64,000 nt of DNA from Nitrososphaerota archaeon (GCA_016872015.1 VHBK01000001.1:38235-102234), one strand, 5' to 3'. Shown: positions 1 to 10,441, numbered from the stretch's first letter. The notes: generated by a model not told the origin, from the sequence alone. Translations and numbers: made by a program.

Positions 1-14
1 TTTGGGAAAAGGAA

Positions 15-257
15 CTATCCTTGTCCTTCAATTCCCATCAGTGTAAGAGTAGAGCGGATTCTGTCTATTTTGCGAATCTTCCAGGTTATTGTCTCGCGTA
101 ATTGTTCCGTTGTGGGCGTCTCTATTTTTGCCAAAATGTCATATGCACCAAAGACTCCTTTGACTTCTCTTACTCCGTCAAGGGGCTTTATCTGATCAAT
201 TACCTTTTGTTCGGATCCCAAGTCACAGTTGATCAGAACATAAGCAGTTGAGCTCAT
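15..257 (-). CDS. Stand-alone Lrp/AsnC ligand-binding (RAM) domain protein
   Basis: 80 aa; AYVLINC...V.GVFGAYDILAKI...IRKIDRIRSTLTL pattern, no HTH. Confidence 0.85.
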   Translation of the reverse strand: MSSTAYVLINCDLGSEQKVIDQIKPLDGVREVKGVFGAYDILAKIETPTTEQLRETITWKIRKIDRIRSTLTLMGIEGQG

Positions 258-364
258 TTTACTCCTCCCGGTTTCATGGGATTATATCTGGTTTGACGTA
301 TATATTGTAAATTATAGAAAACCTGGTAATTTGTTTAATTTTTCTATTCTAGTCTAAACAAATT

Positions 365-1954
365 TTAAGAAAACTTGGATTTTGGCATACGAAGGGATCT
401 GTTGTATGCCACGCCGAACCTGTGGGCCTCATCTCGTGCATATTGCAAAATTTTCAGCGACTGGTTTTGCCTTGGTATGATGACTGGCTCTTTTTGGCTA
501 GGCAAAAACACCTCTTCGTTTTCTTTGGCAAGTGATGCACAGGGAATTCTGATTGCCATACTTTCCAGAGCAGACATTGCAGCGCCTAGCTGGCCTCGTC
601 CACCGTCAACTAGTATGAGGTCTGGCATTTGCGCACTTTCATTGTCCAGTCTAAAGTACCTGCGCTTGACAATTTCATTTATCATTGCAAAATCGTCTTG
701 GCCTCTTATCGTCTTTATCTTAAATTTTCTATATCCTGACTTGTCTGGCCTACCATTGACAAATCGCGACATTGAGCCAACGGCATATGATGTGCCGTGA
801 TTTGAAATATCAAAGCATTCTATTATTTTTGGTATCTTTGGCAGTGCTAGTCTTTCTTTTAGCTCAACTAGGCCTGGCTCTGCGCCACTTGACTGCACTA
901 GGGCAATATTTCTCATAATTAGGTCCAGCATTTCGCGTCGCTTGCCTGACTTGGGCGATATTATTCTGACTGGAAATCCAGCAGTCTTGGCAAACATTTG
1001 CTCTAATAATACGTGGTCTTCTGGAATCTGGTTTGTTATGATAAATGGCGGAATCTGGTTTGTTGTGTAATACTGGTATAGGAAATTGGTAAACGTGTTA
1101 TCGCCAATCAAGTCAAAGGAATACTTGTTGCTGTCGCGAATCACTCCGTTTATTTTCTTAAATGTCATGATGTGTATAGTCTGGTCAGACGATACTATGC
1201 CAAAATATTCCTCATCTGAGCCAGTAGCGCTTTCCATTTTTTGCCTGGTTTTGAGGCTGCCTAGTCTTTGGAGTGTGTCTTTGATTTCCTGGGCGCGCTC
1301 AAATTGGAGGCTTTTTGAGGCTAGGCTCATCTCCTGCTCTAGGTTTTTTGTAAATGCACCTAGATCTTTGCCCCTGAGTATTGCCTCTAGGGCTGCAACA
1401 TGCTTTTTGTAGTCTGTCTGGGCATGGGCAAACTCGCATGGCGCCTCGCAATTTCCCAAGTGGTATTCTAAACATGCTTTTTTTGGCAGCCTCTTGCAGA
1501 TTCTAATCTTGAATGTCTTTCGGAGGGAGCCAATGCTGAGAAGCTTTGAGCTGCCCGAAGTAAATGGCCCAAACACTTTGCCATCTCCTAGAAATTTTCC
1601 ACTGCGGGTTCTTCTTGCTACTAGTAATCTTGGGTAATGCTCGTCTGTTATTCTCAGGTATGTGTATCTCTGCTGGTCTTTGAGCTCAATATTGAACATG
1701 GGCCTGTATTGCTTTATCATGTTTGATTCAAGCAAGAATGCCTCTGATTCATTATCTGTTAGGACGAATTCTATTTCTGAAATTTTCTCAACCAGCTTTT
1801 GCGTCTTGTAGTTTTGGTTCTTTAGAAAATATGACCTGACTCTATTTTTGAGGTTTTTTGCCTTTCCGATATAGATTATCTTAGAATCAACATCTTTCAT
1901 CAGATAAATTCCTGGATGTGACGGGATGGTGATTTTTTTGATGTCTAGAGTCAA
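365..1954 (-). CDS. uvrC: Excinuclease ABC subunit C (lacks C-terminal HhH domain)
   Basis: GIY-YIG (PGIYLMKD..IIYIGKAKNLKNRV), UVR motif, RNase H-like CFDISN / DGGRGQ / RDEAHRF; overlaps uvrA. Confidence 0.97.
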   Translation of the reverse strand: MTLDIKKITIPSHPGIYLMKDVDSKIIYIGKAKNLKNRVRSYFLKNQNYKTQKLVEKISEIEFVLTDNESEAFLLESNMIKQYRPMFNIELKDQQRYTYLRITDEHYPRLLVARRTRSGKFLGDGKVFGPFTSGSSKLLSIGSLRKTFKIRICKRLPKKACLEYHLGNCEAPCEFAHAQTDYKKHVAALEAILRGKDLGAFTKNLEQEMSLASKSLQFERAQEIKDTLQRLGSLKTRQKMESATGSDEEYFGIVSSDQTIHIMTFKKINGVIRDSNKYSFDLIGDNTFTNFLYQYYTTNQIPPFIITNQIPEDHVLLEQMFAKTAGFPVRIISPKSGKRREMLDLIMRNIALVQSSGAEPGLVELKERLALPKIPKIIECFDISNHGTSYAVGSMSRFVNGRPDKSGYRKFKIKTIRGQDDFAMINEIVKRRYFRLDNESAQMPDLILVDGGRGQLGAAMSALESMAIRIPCASLAKENEEVFLPSQKEPVIIPRQNQSLKILQYARDEAHRFGVAYNRSLRMPKSKFS

Positions 1955-4764
1955 TTTAGGATCTTTTTGAGATATTGCCCTGTATAGCTTTTGGAATTTG
2001 CGGCAACCTGGGATGGGGTTCCAGTTGCAATTACTCTGCCGCCCTTGTCTCCGCCTTCCGGCCCTAGGTCTATTATCCAGTCGGAATTTTTGATTACATC
2101 CATGTTGTGCTCAATTACCACTATGGTGTTTCCAAGGTTAACCAGCCTGTTTAGGACATCAAGCAGCTTTTGCACATCAGCAAAGTGCAAGCCTGTCGTA
2201 GGCTCATCTAAAATGTACATTGTCTTGCCGGTGTCGCGCTTTGCAAGCTCTGATGCCAGCTTGACGCGCTGGGCTTCGCCTCCTGATAGTGTTGTAGATG
2301 ACTGGCCCAGCTTGATGTAGCCTAGGCCAACATCAAATATTGTTTGCAAAATTCGCTTTATTTTTGGAATGTTTTCAAAAAATACCCGTGCTTCTTCTAC
2401 TGTCATGTCTAGGACATCGGAGATGTTTTTGCCTTTGTATAATACGGATAGTGTCTCAGAATTGTATCGTTTTCCTTTACATTCATCACATCGAACATAA
2501 ACATCTGATAGGAACTGCATCTCTATTTTTTTGACGCCGTCGCCTTCGCATGCAAAGCATCTGCCGTCTGCAACATTAAATGAGAACTGCCCAGGTGTGT
2601 ATCCTCTCTCTTTTGATGATTCTGTATTTGCAAAGAGTTCTCTAATTGGAGTAAATGCGCCAATGTATGTTGCAGGGTTTGATCTTGGAGTGCGCCCAAT
2701 TGGGGATTGGTCTATTGCAATTACCTTGTCAATTAGTGTGGTTCCATCAATGGATTTGTGTTTTCCAGGCCTCTCATTGGATTTGTAAAAATATGATGAC
2801 AGTGATTTTAGCAGAATCTCATTTACCAGAGTCGATTTACCAGAGCCAGAAACTCCGGTCACAGTAACCAGCAACCCTAATGGAATCTCTACTGTGATAT
2901 CCTTGAGGTTGTTTTCTGCAGCGCCCTTGATGGTTATTGTACCAATCTGGTTTCTCTTTTTGTCTGTTAGCTTGATGATGTTTTTGTCTTTGAGATAGTC
3001 ACCTGTGACTGATTTGTGGTTGTTCATTATTTGTGGTACAGTTCCCTCAAAGACTACCTCTCCTCCATGGATTCCTGCACCTGGGCCCAAATCCACTATC
3101 CAGTCTGCATTTTTGATTACCTCTTCATCATGCTCTACTACTATTACGGTATTGTCTAGGTCTCTAAGCTTGACTAGTGTTTTGATTAGCCTGGCATTGT
3201 CGCGCTGGTGCAAGCCTATTGTGGGCTCATCAAGTACGTACAATACTCCTGTGAGATTAGAGCCAATCTGGGTTGCAAGCCTTATTCTCTGTGATTCTCC
3301 GCCTGAGAGAGTCGAGCTCTGCCTGTTTAGCGTCAAATAGTTGAGGCCCACATTTCTCAAAAATTCTAGTCGCTCTGTTATTTCCTTGAGGATGTCTTTA
3401 GCAATGTATTTTTCAGTATCTGTTAATTTGATTTCTTTGAAAAATTCATAGCAGTCATCAATGGATAAATCGCAGACTTCGAAAATTCCCTTGTTGTTTA
3501 CCTTGACTGCAAGTGCCTCTGGCTTTAGCTTTTTGCCATCACAAACGTTACATGGGATGTCTCGCATGAATTGCTTGAGCCAGTCCCGCTTTGACTCAGA
3601 ATCCGTTCCCATGAATACTCGCTGCAAATTATTCAGCACACCTTCAAATGAATTAGTATAAGCCCAGTGCGAGTCCGTTGTCTGGGATTCATAATGGAAG
3701 TTTATTCTCTGGTCTGTCCCATGTAGAATAACTCGGAGGTGCTCCGGCTTGAGCTTGTTAATTGGAGTCATCAGATCAAAGCCGAATTTTTTTCCAACTG
3801 CACGCAATTCCTGTTTTCTGAATGCGGAAAATCTCCCACTCCATGGAATTATGGCCCCATCCAGAATTGATTTTGTCTTGTCAGGAATTACCAAATCCTC
3901 ATCAAATTCCATTTTTACGCCAAGGCCATGACATGCCTTGCAGGAACCAAATGGTGAGTTGAATGAAAACGTCCTAGGCTCTATTTCGCCTACGGTGAGT
4001 CCGCAATATGGACACGCATTGTTTTGGGAAAACATTTTTTCGTCTTTTTCTGATGACACTAAAACCGAGCCCTTGGCCGCCTTTAGCGCGGTTTGAATTG
4101 CCTCAAATAATCTGCTTTTTTCTGCCTTGGAGGCCTTGAGTCTGTCCACTATAATCTCGATATTGTGCCATTTCTGCCTGTCTAGTGCTGGGATTTCATC
4201 TTCTAATAGAATTACTTGGCCATCAACTCTAGCTCGGGAATAGCCATCCTTTTTCATCTGCTCAAATAGTTTTTCGTACGTTCCTTTTTTTCTCTGGATT
4301 AGTGGCGCCAAAATCAGGACTTGTCTTTCATCAAAATCCTTGAAAATGGATTCACAAATTGATTCAACTGACTGGTTTGAAATTTTCCTGCCGCATTTGA
4401 TGCAATGAGGAATCCCAATTCTTGCGTATAGCAATCTCAGATAGTCATAGATTTCAGTAGTGGTGCCAACAGTAGAGCGGGGATTTTTTGATGTTGTCTT
4501 TTGTTGTATGGATATGGCAGGTGATAATCCTTCTATGGAATCAACATCTGGCTTGTCCATCATTTCTAGGAACTGCCTTGCATATGCAGATAGTGACTCT
4601 ACGTATCTTCTCTGCCCCTCTGCATAAATTGTATCAAAGGCCAAAGTAGACTTACCAGAGCCTGACAAGCCAGATATCACTACGAGCTTGTTTTTTGGTA
4701 TGTCCAAGTTTAGGTTCTTGAGGTTGTGATGGCGCGCACCTCGAATCTTTAGCTTATCGTGCAT
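1951..4764 (-). CDS. uvrA: Excinuclease ABC subunit A
   Basis: Two ABC ATPase modules (GLSGSGKS, GVSGSGKS, LSGGE x2), Zn fingers, 937 aa. Confidence 0.98.
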   Translation of the reverse strand: MHDKLKIRGARHHNLKNLNLDIPKNKLVVISGLSGSGKSTLAFDTIYAEGQRRYVESLSAYARQFLEMMDKPDVDSIEGLSPAISIQQKTTSKNPRSTVGTTTEIYDYLRLLYARIGIPHCIKCGRKISNQSVESICESIFKDFDERQVLILAPLIQRKKGTYEKLFEQMKKDGYSRARVDGQVILLEDEIPALDRQKWHNIEIIVDRLKASKAEKSRLFEAIQTALKAAKGSVLVSSEKDEKMFSQNNACPYCGLTVGEIEPRTFSFNSPFGSCKACHGLGVKMEFDEDLVIPDKTKSILDGAIIPWSGRFSAFRKQELRAVGKKFGFDLMTPINKLKPEHLRVILHGTDQRINFHYESQTTDSHWAYTNSFEGVLNNLQRVFMGTDSESKRDWLKQFMRDIPCNVCDGKKLKPEALAVKVNNKGIFEVCDLSIDDCYEFFKEIKLTDTEKYIAKDILKEITERLEFLRNVGLNYLTLNRQSSTLSGGESQRIRLATQIGSNLTGVLYVLDEPTIGLHQRDNARLIKTLVKLRDLDNTVIVVEHDEEVIKNADWIVDLGPGAGIHGGEVVFEGTVPQIMNNHKSVTGDYLKDKNIIKLTDKKRNQIGTITIKGAAENNLKDITVEIPLGLLVTVTGVSGSGKSTLVNEILLKSLSSYFYKSNERPGKHKSIDGTTLIDKVIAIDQSPIGRTPRSNPATYIGAFTPIRELFANTESSKERGYTPGQFSFNVADGRCFACEGDGVKKIEMQFLSDVYVRCDECKGKRYNSETLSVLYKGKNISDVLDMTVEEARVFFENIPKIKRILQTIFDVGLGYIKLGQSSTTLSGGEAQRVKLASELAKRDTGKTMYILDEPTTGLHFADVQKLLDVLNRLVNLGNTIVVIEHNMDVIKNSDWIIDLGPEGGDKGGRVIATGTPSQVAANSKSYTGQYLKKILN

Positions 4765-6700
4765 TCTTCTTTTCCAACTCTACTTGAATTCGCCTTAGTC
4801 TGTCGCGACAGGCAATCGCATTCTCAAAGTCCAATTCTTCTGCATATTTTTTCATCTGGGTCTCTATTTCTATTATCTCACTAGACAAGTCATGTTGGGT
4901 CTTGTTTTTGAGATCATCAAGTGTTGCCACCTGCTCTGGAATGGACTTGATAATTGTCCTCGGTGTTATACCGTGGATTTTGTTGTATTCTAGCTGCTTT
5001 GTCCTTCTTCGAGCGGTTTCCTCAATTGCCTGCTTCATGGACTTTGTGGTGGTATCGGCATACATTATGACAGAGCCATCTACGTTTCTAGCGGCACGCC
5101 CAAATGTCTGAATTAGACTAGTAAAGTTGCGCAAAAAGCCCTCCTTATCTGCATCAAGTATTGCTACCAGGGCTACTTCGGGAATGTCAAGGCCCTCTCG
5201 AAGCAGGTTGATTCCAACTAGAACATCAAAGTCTCCAAGCCTTAGCTGGCGTATTAATTCAGTTCTTTGTAGTCCTTCAATTTCAGAGTGCAGGTATCTC
5301 ACTCGCACCTCTTTTTTTGCTAAATATTCTGCCAAGTCTTCTGCCATTCTCTTTGTTAGTGTGGTGACTAGGACTCGCTGGTCTTTGTCGATGCGCTTTT
5401 TTATTTCAGATATTAGATCATCCATCTGGTTTTTTGTAGACCTGATCTCTACTTGGGGGTCTACTAGGCCTGTAGGTCTGACTAGTTGTTCTACTATTTG
5501 GCGTGATAGTTCTTTCTCATATGTGGACGGCGTGGCAGAAACAAAAATGGTATTTTTGATATATTTTTCAAATTCTTCGAATTTTAGAGGACGATTATCA
5601 AATGCGCTTGGCAGTCTAAATCCGTAATCAATTAGGGATTTTTTTCTGGTGTGGTCCCCACCATACATTCCGTGCAGTTGAGGTATTGTGACGTGTGATT
5701 CATCAATTACTAGGAGATAGTCTTTGCCAAAAAAATCCAAAAGGCAAAAGGCTTGCTGGCCTGGTGCTCTTCCATCAAAGTGGCGAGAATAATTCTCAAT
5801 ACCAGAACAATAGCCAAGTTCTTCGATCATCTCCAAATCAAATTTGGTTCGCATTTCCAGTCGTTGTCGCTCCAGCTCGTTTAGCTCTGGCAATCGTACT
5901 TTGAGCTCCTCTCGAATTGACTTTACTGCGCGGGCTCGAACGTCATCGGCTATCAAATAATGCTTTGCTGGAAATATTTTGATAGAGTTTGCCTTGCGTT
6001 TTTCCTTTAGGGATACATTGTCCAGTATTGCGATTTTTTCAATTTCATCGCCAAACATGGATATTCGCACTAAATCCTGAGAATATGCGGGAATTACATC
6101 AAGTGTGTCGCCTTTGACTCGGAAATTTCCAGGCGCAATTGTGGTATCATTGCGCTCATATCGTGCGTTTACTAGGCGTCGAATCAGCTCGCTTCGACTC
6201 ATCTGCGCACCTGCTTTGAGCGTGGTTGCCATTTCCTCCCAATCTTTGGGGTTTCCCAGCGAATAGATGCATGACACTGTGGCAACGATGATTGTCGGCT
6301 CGCCGGATAAGAGCATGGCAGTTGCCTCTAGTCTCATTTTTTCAATTTTCTCGTTTATCTCGGTGTCTTTTTCGATATAAGTGTCAGTTTGCGCAATATA
6401 GCTTTCAGGTTGGTAATAGTCATAGTATGATACAAAATAGCCGACATTATTCTTTGGGAAAAACTGTTTTAGCTCTGAATATAGTTGTGCTGCAAGTGTC
6501 TTGTTGTGCGATATCACTAGGGTGTTTTTGCCTGTCTTTGCAATGACATTTGCAACCGTGAATGTTTTGCCAGAGCCAGTCACACCTAGCAATGTCTGAA
6601 CTTTGCCTTTTTGCACTCCTTGGACTAACTGGTCTATTGCCTCTGGCTGGTCGCCTGTTGGCTCAAACTCTGATGATATCTGATATGCTTGTACTTGCAA
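4754..6700 (-). CDS. uvrB: Excinuclease ABC subunit B
   Basis: LLGVTGSGKT, VSYYDYYQPE, DESH, GINLLREGLD; start uncertain (TTG 6700 vs 6724). Confidence 0.97.
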   Translation of the reverse strand: MQVQAYQISSEFEPTGDQPEAIDQLVQGVQKGKVQTLLGVTGSGKTFTVANVIAKTGKNTLVISHNKTLAAQLYSELKQFFPKNNVGYFVSYYDYYQPESYIAQTDTYIEKDTEINEKIEKMRLEATAMLLSGEPTIIVATVSCIYSLGNPKDWEEMATTLKAGAQMSRSELIRRLVNARYERNDTTIAPGNFRVKGDTLDVIPAYSQDLVRISMFGDEIEKIAILDNVSLKEKRKANSIKIFPAKHYLIADDVRARAVKSIREELKVRLPELNELERQRLEMRTKFDLEMIEELGYCSGIENYSRHFDGRAPGQQAFCLLDFFGKDYLLVIDESHVTIPQLHGMYGGDHTRKKSLIDYGFRLPSAFDNRPLKFEEFEKYIKNTIFVSATPSTYEKELSRQIVEQLVRPTGLVDPQVEIRSTKNQMDDLISEIKKRIDKDQRVLVTTLTKRMAEDLAEYLAKKEVRVRYLHSEIEGLQRTELIRQLRLGDFDVLVGINLLREGLDIPEVALVAILDADKEGFLRNFTSLIQTFGRAARNVDGSVIMYADTTTKSMKQAIEETARRRTKQLEYNKIHGITPRTIIKSIPEQVATLDDLKNKTQHDLSSEIIEIETQMKKYAEELDFENAIACRDRLRRIQVELEKKNAR

Positions 6701-6821
6701 TAGGCAATGAAAATCTAATTTCAAATTTAAAGGATGGGTGATTGTATTATCGTAGTGGTAAGTAACCTACTGATAATTCATACGTGTCTCTTTTAAGCTG
6801 ATTTTCCAAGTCAAGCTTTGG

Positions 6822-7478
6822 TTGCAAGGCTCATTTAACACGCACTTGATCGCATTGTGCAGTATTGCGTTTGTAGTTGTTGCGGCATTTTTGTTATTTG
6901 ATCTTGACGACAAGTTTTACCCAAAATCAACAGAACATGCTGCAAGCATTGACTATATCGAGACGCCAAACAAAACTCTGATTCCTGAACCAAGTGACGA
7001 ATCCGTACTTGCAATGGAATCCCCAAATACGCTTCAAAAACCAGCATCAAAATCTGCGCCCAAAGCTCAAGTTGAGCCTAAATCACGCCTGTCAGAGCTA
7101 GAAGGAAAACAATTCCAGCTGAATCTAAGTGGTGAGGCGTTTGTGTCTGGTATGCTCAAAGAGACAAACCTGATACTAAAGCTAGAGCCGATTCAGGGAA
7201 CAAGCTTAAAGCAGTTCAAGGTAGTCGAGTCGCGACTAATTCTGGATGGAGCCGGCGTTGCAATTGTATCTACTGGTGCTACCATTGATGATACTGCAAT
7301 GACATTGGATTTTACTGCAAACAATATCGGACCATTTTCAATTTCCGGCACACTAGATGAGAATATTCTAGATGATGCAAACAGCAGGCAAACCGTAACA
7401 ATACAAGATCAGAATTTCTATTTGGTCAAAAAGGAAATGCCATACAGATTAAACCTAATTGGCACTCTGAGCAACTAG
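6822..7478 (+). CDS. Hypothetical membrane-anchored/secreted protein
   Basis: N-terminal hydrophobic helix, P/S/K linker, beta-rich C-terminus. Confidence 0.7.
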   Translation: MQGSFNTHLIALCSIAFVVVAAFLLFDLDDKFYPKSTEHAASIDYIETPNKTLIPEPSDESVLAMESPNTLQKPASKSAPKAQVEPKSRLSELEGKQFQLNLSGEAFVSGMLKETNLILKLEPIQGTSLKQFKVVESRLILDGAGVAIVSTGATIDDTAMTLDFTANNIGPFSISGTLDENILDDANSRQTVTIQDQNFYLVKKEMPYRLNLIGTLSN

Positions 7479-7479
7479 T

Positions 7480-8112
7480 CTACCAGAGCGGCTCATCTAT
7501 CATCTTGACATCATTATCTATGACATCAAAGCCCATTATCTGTAATGCCTGTCTTGCAAGCGGACTGTTTTTCTCTAGTATTTTTCTTGCCAGGTGTGTT
7601 CTAGTGGTCTTGTCAATGTGCTGACCTATTTTGTATTTTCCACGCATTGTCTTTGGCGTTACCTTGATGATTGCGACCTCATCCACTACGTGCATGTCCG
7701 GTGTTAGTTTTTCATAGCCTCCTTCTGGCTGGTATTTTTCCATCAGTGCGTTTAGTGCCATTGCCTTCTCTGATTTGTCCTGAATTATTGCGGCTATTCC
7801 CTTGATTACCACACTAATGTAAAACGTGTCTGCCTGCGATGCGTCAGTAGGTGAGCTAAAGTACGATGGCAAAAACTCTACTTCTCTGTCCACTTCAAAG
7901 CCCACCTTTTGGCTTGCGCGGATATTGTCCATCTTTTCTCCCCTTGTGTGAGAGTGCATGTAGATTGCGCCGTTTACAAATGCAAAATTCATCGGTATAA
8001 TCTGCGGAAATCCTTCTGAATCTATTGACGCAATCCTGCCTACGTGTTCTGAGTTGAGAAATTCCGCTATTTTTTGAGGGGATTTTATCTCCAGTCTGCC
8101 TAGTAACTGCAC
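7480..8112 (-). CDS. Pyridoxamine 5'-phosphate oxidase-like FMN-binding protein (NimA-like)
   Basis: VGRIAS...PQIIPMNF...IYMHS..GEK...KVGFEVD...SVVIKG. Confidence 0.88.
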   Translation of the reverse strand: MQLLGRLEIKSPQKIAEFLNSEHVGRIASIDSEGFPQIIPMNFAFVNGAIYMHSHTRGEKMDNIRASQKVGFEVDREVEFLPSYFSSPTDASQADTFYISVVIKGIAAIIQDKSEKAMALNALMEKYQPEGGYEKLTPDMHVVDEVAIIKVTPKTMRGKYKIGQHIDKTTRTHLARKILEKNSPLARQALQIMGFDVIDNDVKMIDEPLW

Positions 8113-8266
8113 ACTGCAAATTGAATCACACTAATAATAAATTCAACCGAACTTGATGCTTGGGACTTTTACTCCCAAGCACTTTCGTATAGGTATGGTT
8201 TAGGGTCCATGTGCCCTAATTACTGGGATTGTACAATTTTACAATAAAACCATTGCGTATGATTTG

Positions 8267-8677
8267 TCAGTTATCGGTCCATTCGTATATGGAAAAGGTA
8301 AGTCCTTCATCTTTTTCAGATTCAACTAACTTCTTTTCCAAGACTGTTTTGTATACAGTAGAGTCATCCTTTATGATGTCTAGGCCTGCTTCTACTTCTT
8401 TGCCTGATGCCATTGTTGGTGAGAGTACAGCAAGCAAGACATTAGACAATGAGTGCGTGTCTTTTTTTGCATGCACGGAATCCTTTTTGAGATAAAATGT
8501 AATGCTTATGGATAATGGCTTTGATTCTATTCTTTTTTTGACTGCGTCAATGTTTTTGCCAAGCTTGGTCTCTATTGCCTCTTTGATTTTTTTCTTGTCT
8601 TCTTTGACGTTTTTGCCGGCAGTTGCGGGAATGAATCCTCGAACAGATATGTTTTGCAGTAAAATATCTCCCCTCAT
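8267..8677 (-). CDS. RusA-fold protein, catalytic motif degenerate
   Basis: KKDTHSLSNVLLAVL...IIKDDSTV...K...EGLTFSI aligns by eye with RusA RDLDNLQKAAFDAL...DDAQV...GRLELTI. Confidence 0.55.
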   Translation of the reverse strand: MRGDILLQNISVRGFIPATAGKNVKEDKKKIKEAIETKLGKNIDAVKKRIESKPLSISITFYLKKDSVHAKKDTHSLSNVLLAVLSPTMASGKEVEAGLDIIKDDSTVYKTVLEKKLVESEKDEGLTFSIYEWTDN

Positions 8678-8748
8678 GGTATTGGCTGAGAAAATTCTTA
8701 ATTTAAGCTAGGACTGCAAAGAAAATCTGGCCTGCTAGCTTGCACTTT

Positions 8749-9261
8749 TCATTCAAATTTGATCGGGCGGTGCCCAAAGTGCATTATTGTTTCATTTGCA
8801 CCATCTAGCAGTTTTGCCAAGCCCAGTGCTTTATCCTGATTTTCTGCAATGTTTTTCTTCAAGACATTGAGATAGTGGATGTTTTGCTTGAGCAGTTTTC
8901 TGCGCTTGTTTTTTGATAATTCCGATTCTTTTATCACCTTGAGATTGGCAGAAATCTCGCATAACTTGATTAGGACTGATTCCCACGGTGCCTGCTGTAT
9001 CTGCTCCACATAGGATTCTTCTTGCTTTTTCTTTGGCTTGGTGTTATCTCGCATTATGCTAGTTGCCATGACTGCAACGTCGCGCCCAAAACGCTCAAAT
9101 AATTCATCAAAGGTCGATTTTGTCTGCGATAAAATGGCAGAGCACAGAATCTGCTCATGTGTTATGCCAATTGACTTTAGTCTGAATACAACCCCCATGC
9201 AAAATGGAATGTCTGCGCCTTTTCCGCGAGCATAGGCCTCACACTCTACAAGCGTGGCCAT
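8749..9261 (-). CDS. RelA/SpoT/Mesh1-type HD-fold protein lacking the HD motif
   Basis: SAILSQT..TFDELFERFGRDVA...VLIKLCEISANL matches the HD_4 scaffold. Confidence 0.65.
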   Translation of the reverse strand: MATLVECEAYARGKGADIPFCMGVVFRLKSIGITHEQILCSAILSQTKSTFDELFERFGRDVAVMATSIMRDNTKPKKKQEESYVEQIQQAPWESVLIKLCEISANLKVIKESELSKNKRRKLLKQNIHYLNVLKKNIAENQDKALGLAKLLDGANETIMHFGHRPIKFE

Positions 9262-9272
9262 TACAAAGAAGA

Positions 9273-10358
9273 TTATCGTGTGTTGCCTTTGAGGTGTGGC
9301 ATTACTTTGGATGCAAACTTGTCAATTGATCCAAAATAGTTAGAGCCCCAGAATCGTATGACAAAGTGGTTCACGCCAGCTTTTACGAATCTCTCAAACA
9401 CTGGAATTACATCGTCTGGTGTTCCTACTGCAACAGACGAGCGTGCAATTGGGTCTGGAATGGTGGTGGCACCTTCTCTCATCTTTACAATCCAGTCCTG
9501 GTTTGACATGGAATATTCTGTGAAATATTTCTTGAAATCAAATCCGTCAATTGACTTTAGGTTGTGCACGCGCAAAACTTCGGGCTTGAACAGTGACACC
9601 TTGACTGCTTCTTTCATCTTTGCCCATGATTCTTCTGCATCTTCTGAAAAATACACATCAATATCCAAAGCATACTGGAAGTTTTCCTGTTCTTCTTTGG
9701 TGCGGTTGTTTTCCTTCATTGATTTTTTGATTGTTGCTGCATGGTCTTCGAACAATTCTGGTGTGTATCCAATTGGCAGCCATCCGTCTCCATATTTGCC
9801 TGTCATCTGTAGGGTTCGTTGTCCACCTGCTGCCATGTATGTTGGTGGATATGGCTTGCGAATTGGTCTTGCCTGCAAGCATGCCTCTGTTAATTCGTAA
9901 TATTTTCCCTTAAAGTTTACAGTGTGATCCGGTGATGACTCGTATAACAATTTGATTACTTGGAGTTGTTCTTCCCACTTTGAGACTGGGTTTTCAAATG
10001 GAATGTTGAATTCTTTTAGGTTTTGCGCCTCTCCTGCACCAATACCTAATGTTCCTCTTCCCTTTGAGATTCTATCTAGTGTGATTGCCGCTAGCGCAAT
10101 GTTTGATGGATGGCGTCTAATTGCGTCTGTAACACAAGTTCCTAGCTCTACATTTTGTGTAGTAGCTGCAATTGCCGATAGCATGACCCATGGATCCAGT
10201 ACTGTTGCCTTGGTCCATTGCGGGACATTGGAATGGTCCATGTACCAAATGGAGTCATAGCCTACTCTGTCTGCTAATAGACAGGCAGTCAAAATTTGAT
10301 CTTCTGAGAAACCGGCGCGTGCGACGTTTAGTCCGTTTTGAATTCCAAACTTTAGCAT
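9273..10358 (-). CDS. LLM-class (luciferase-like, possibly F420-dependent) oxidoreductase
   Basis: GYDSIWYMDH, LDPWVMLSAIA, LGIGAGE, GDGWLP. Confidence 0.92.
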   Translation of the reverse strand: MLKFGIQNGLNVARAGFSEDQILTACLLADRVGYDSIWYMDHSNVPQWTKATVLDPWVMLSAIAATTQNVELGTCVTDAIRRHPSNIALAAITLDRISKGRGTLGIGAGEAQNLKEFNIPFENPVSKWEEQLQVIKLLYESSPDHTVNFKGKYYELTEACLQARPIRKPYPPTYMAAGGQRTLQMTGKYGDGWLPIGYTPELFEDHAATIKKSMKENNRTKEEQENFQYALDIDVYFSEDAEESWAKMKEAVKVSLFKPEVLRVHNLKSIDGFDFKKYFTEYSMSNQDWIVKMREGATTIPDPIARSSVAVGTPDDVIPVFERFVKAGVNHFVIRFWGSNYFGSIDKFASKVMPHLKGNTR

Positions 10359-10441
10359 CTTTTTTTGTGATCGGATTTGACCTATTTAAGTTTGTAAAGT
10401 TTTGCGAATTTCGTGTACAAAACTAAAAGAGAAAAAAGCCT

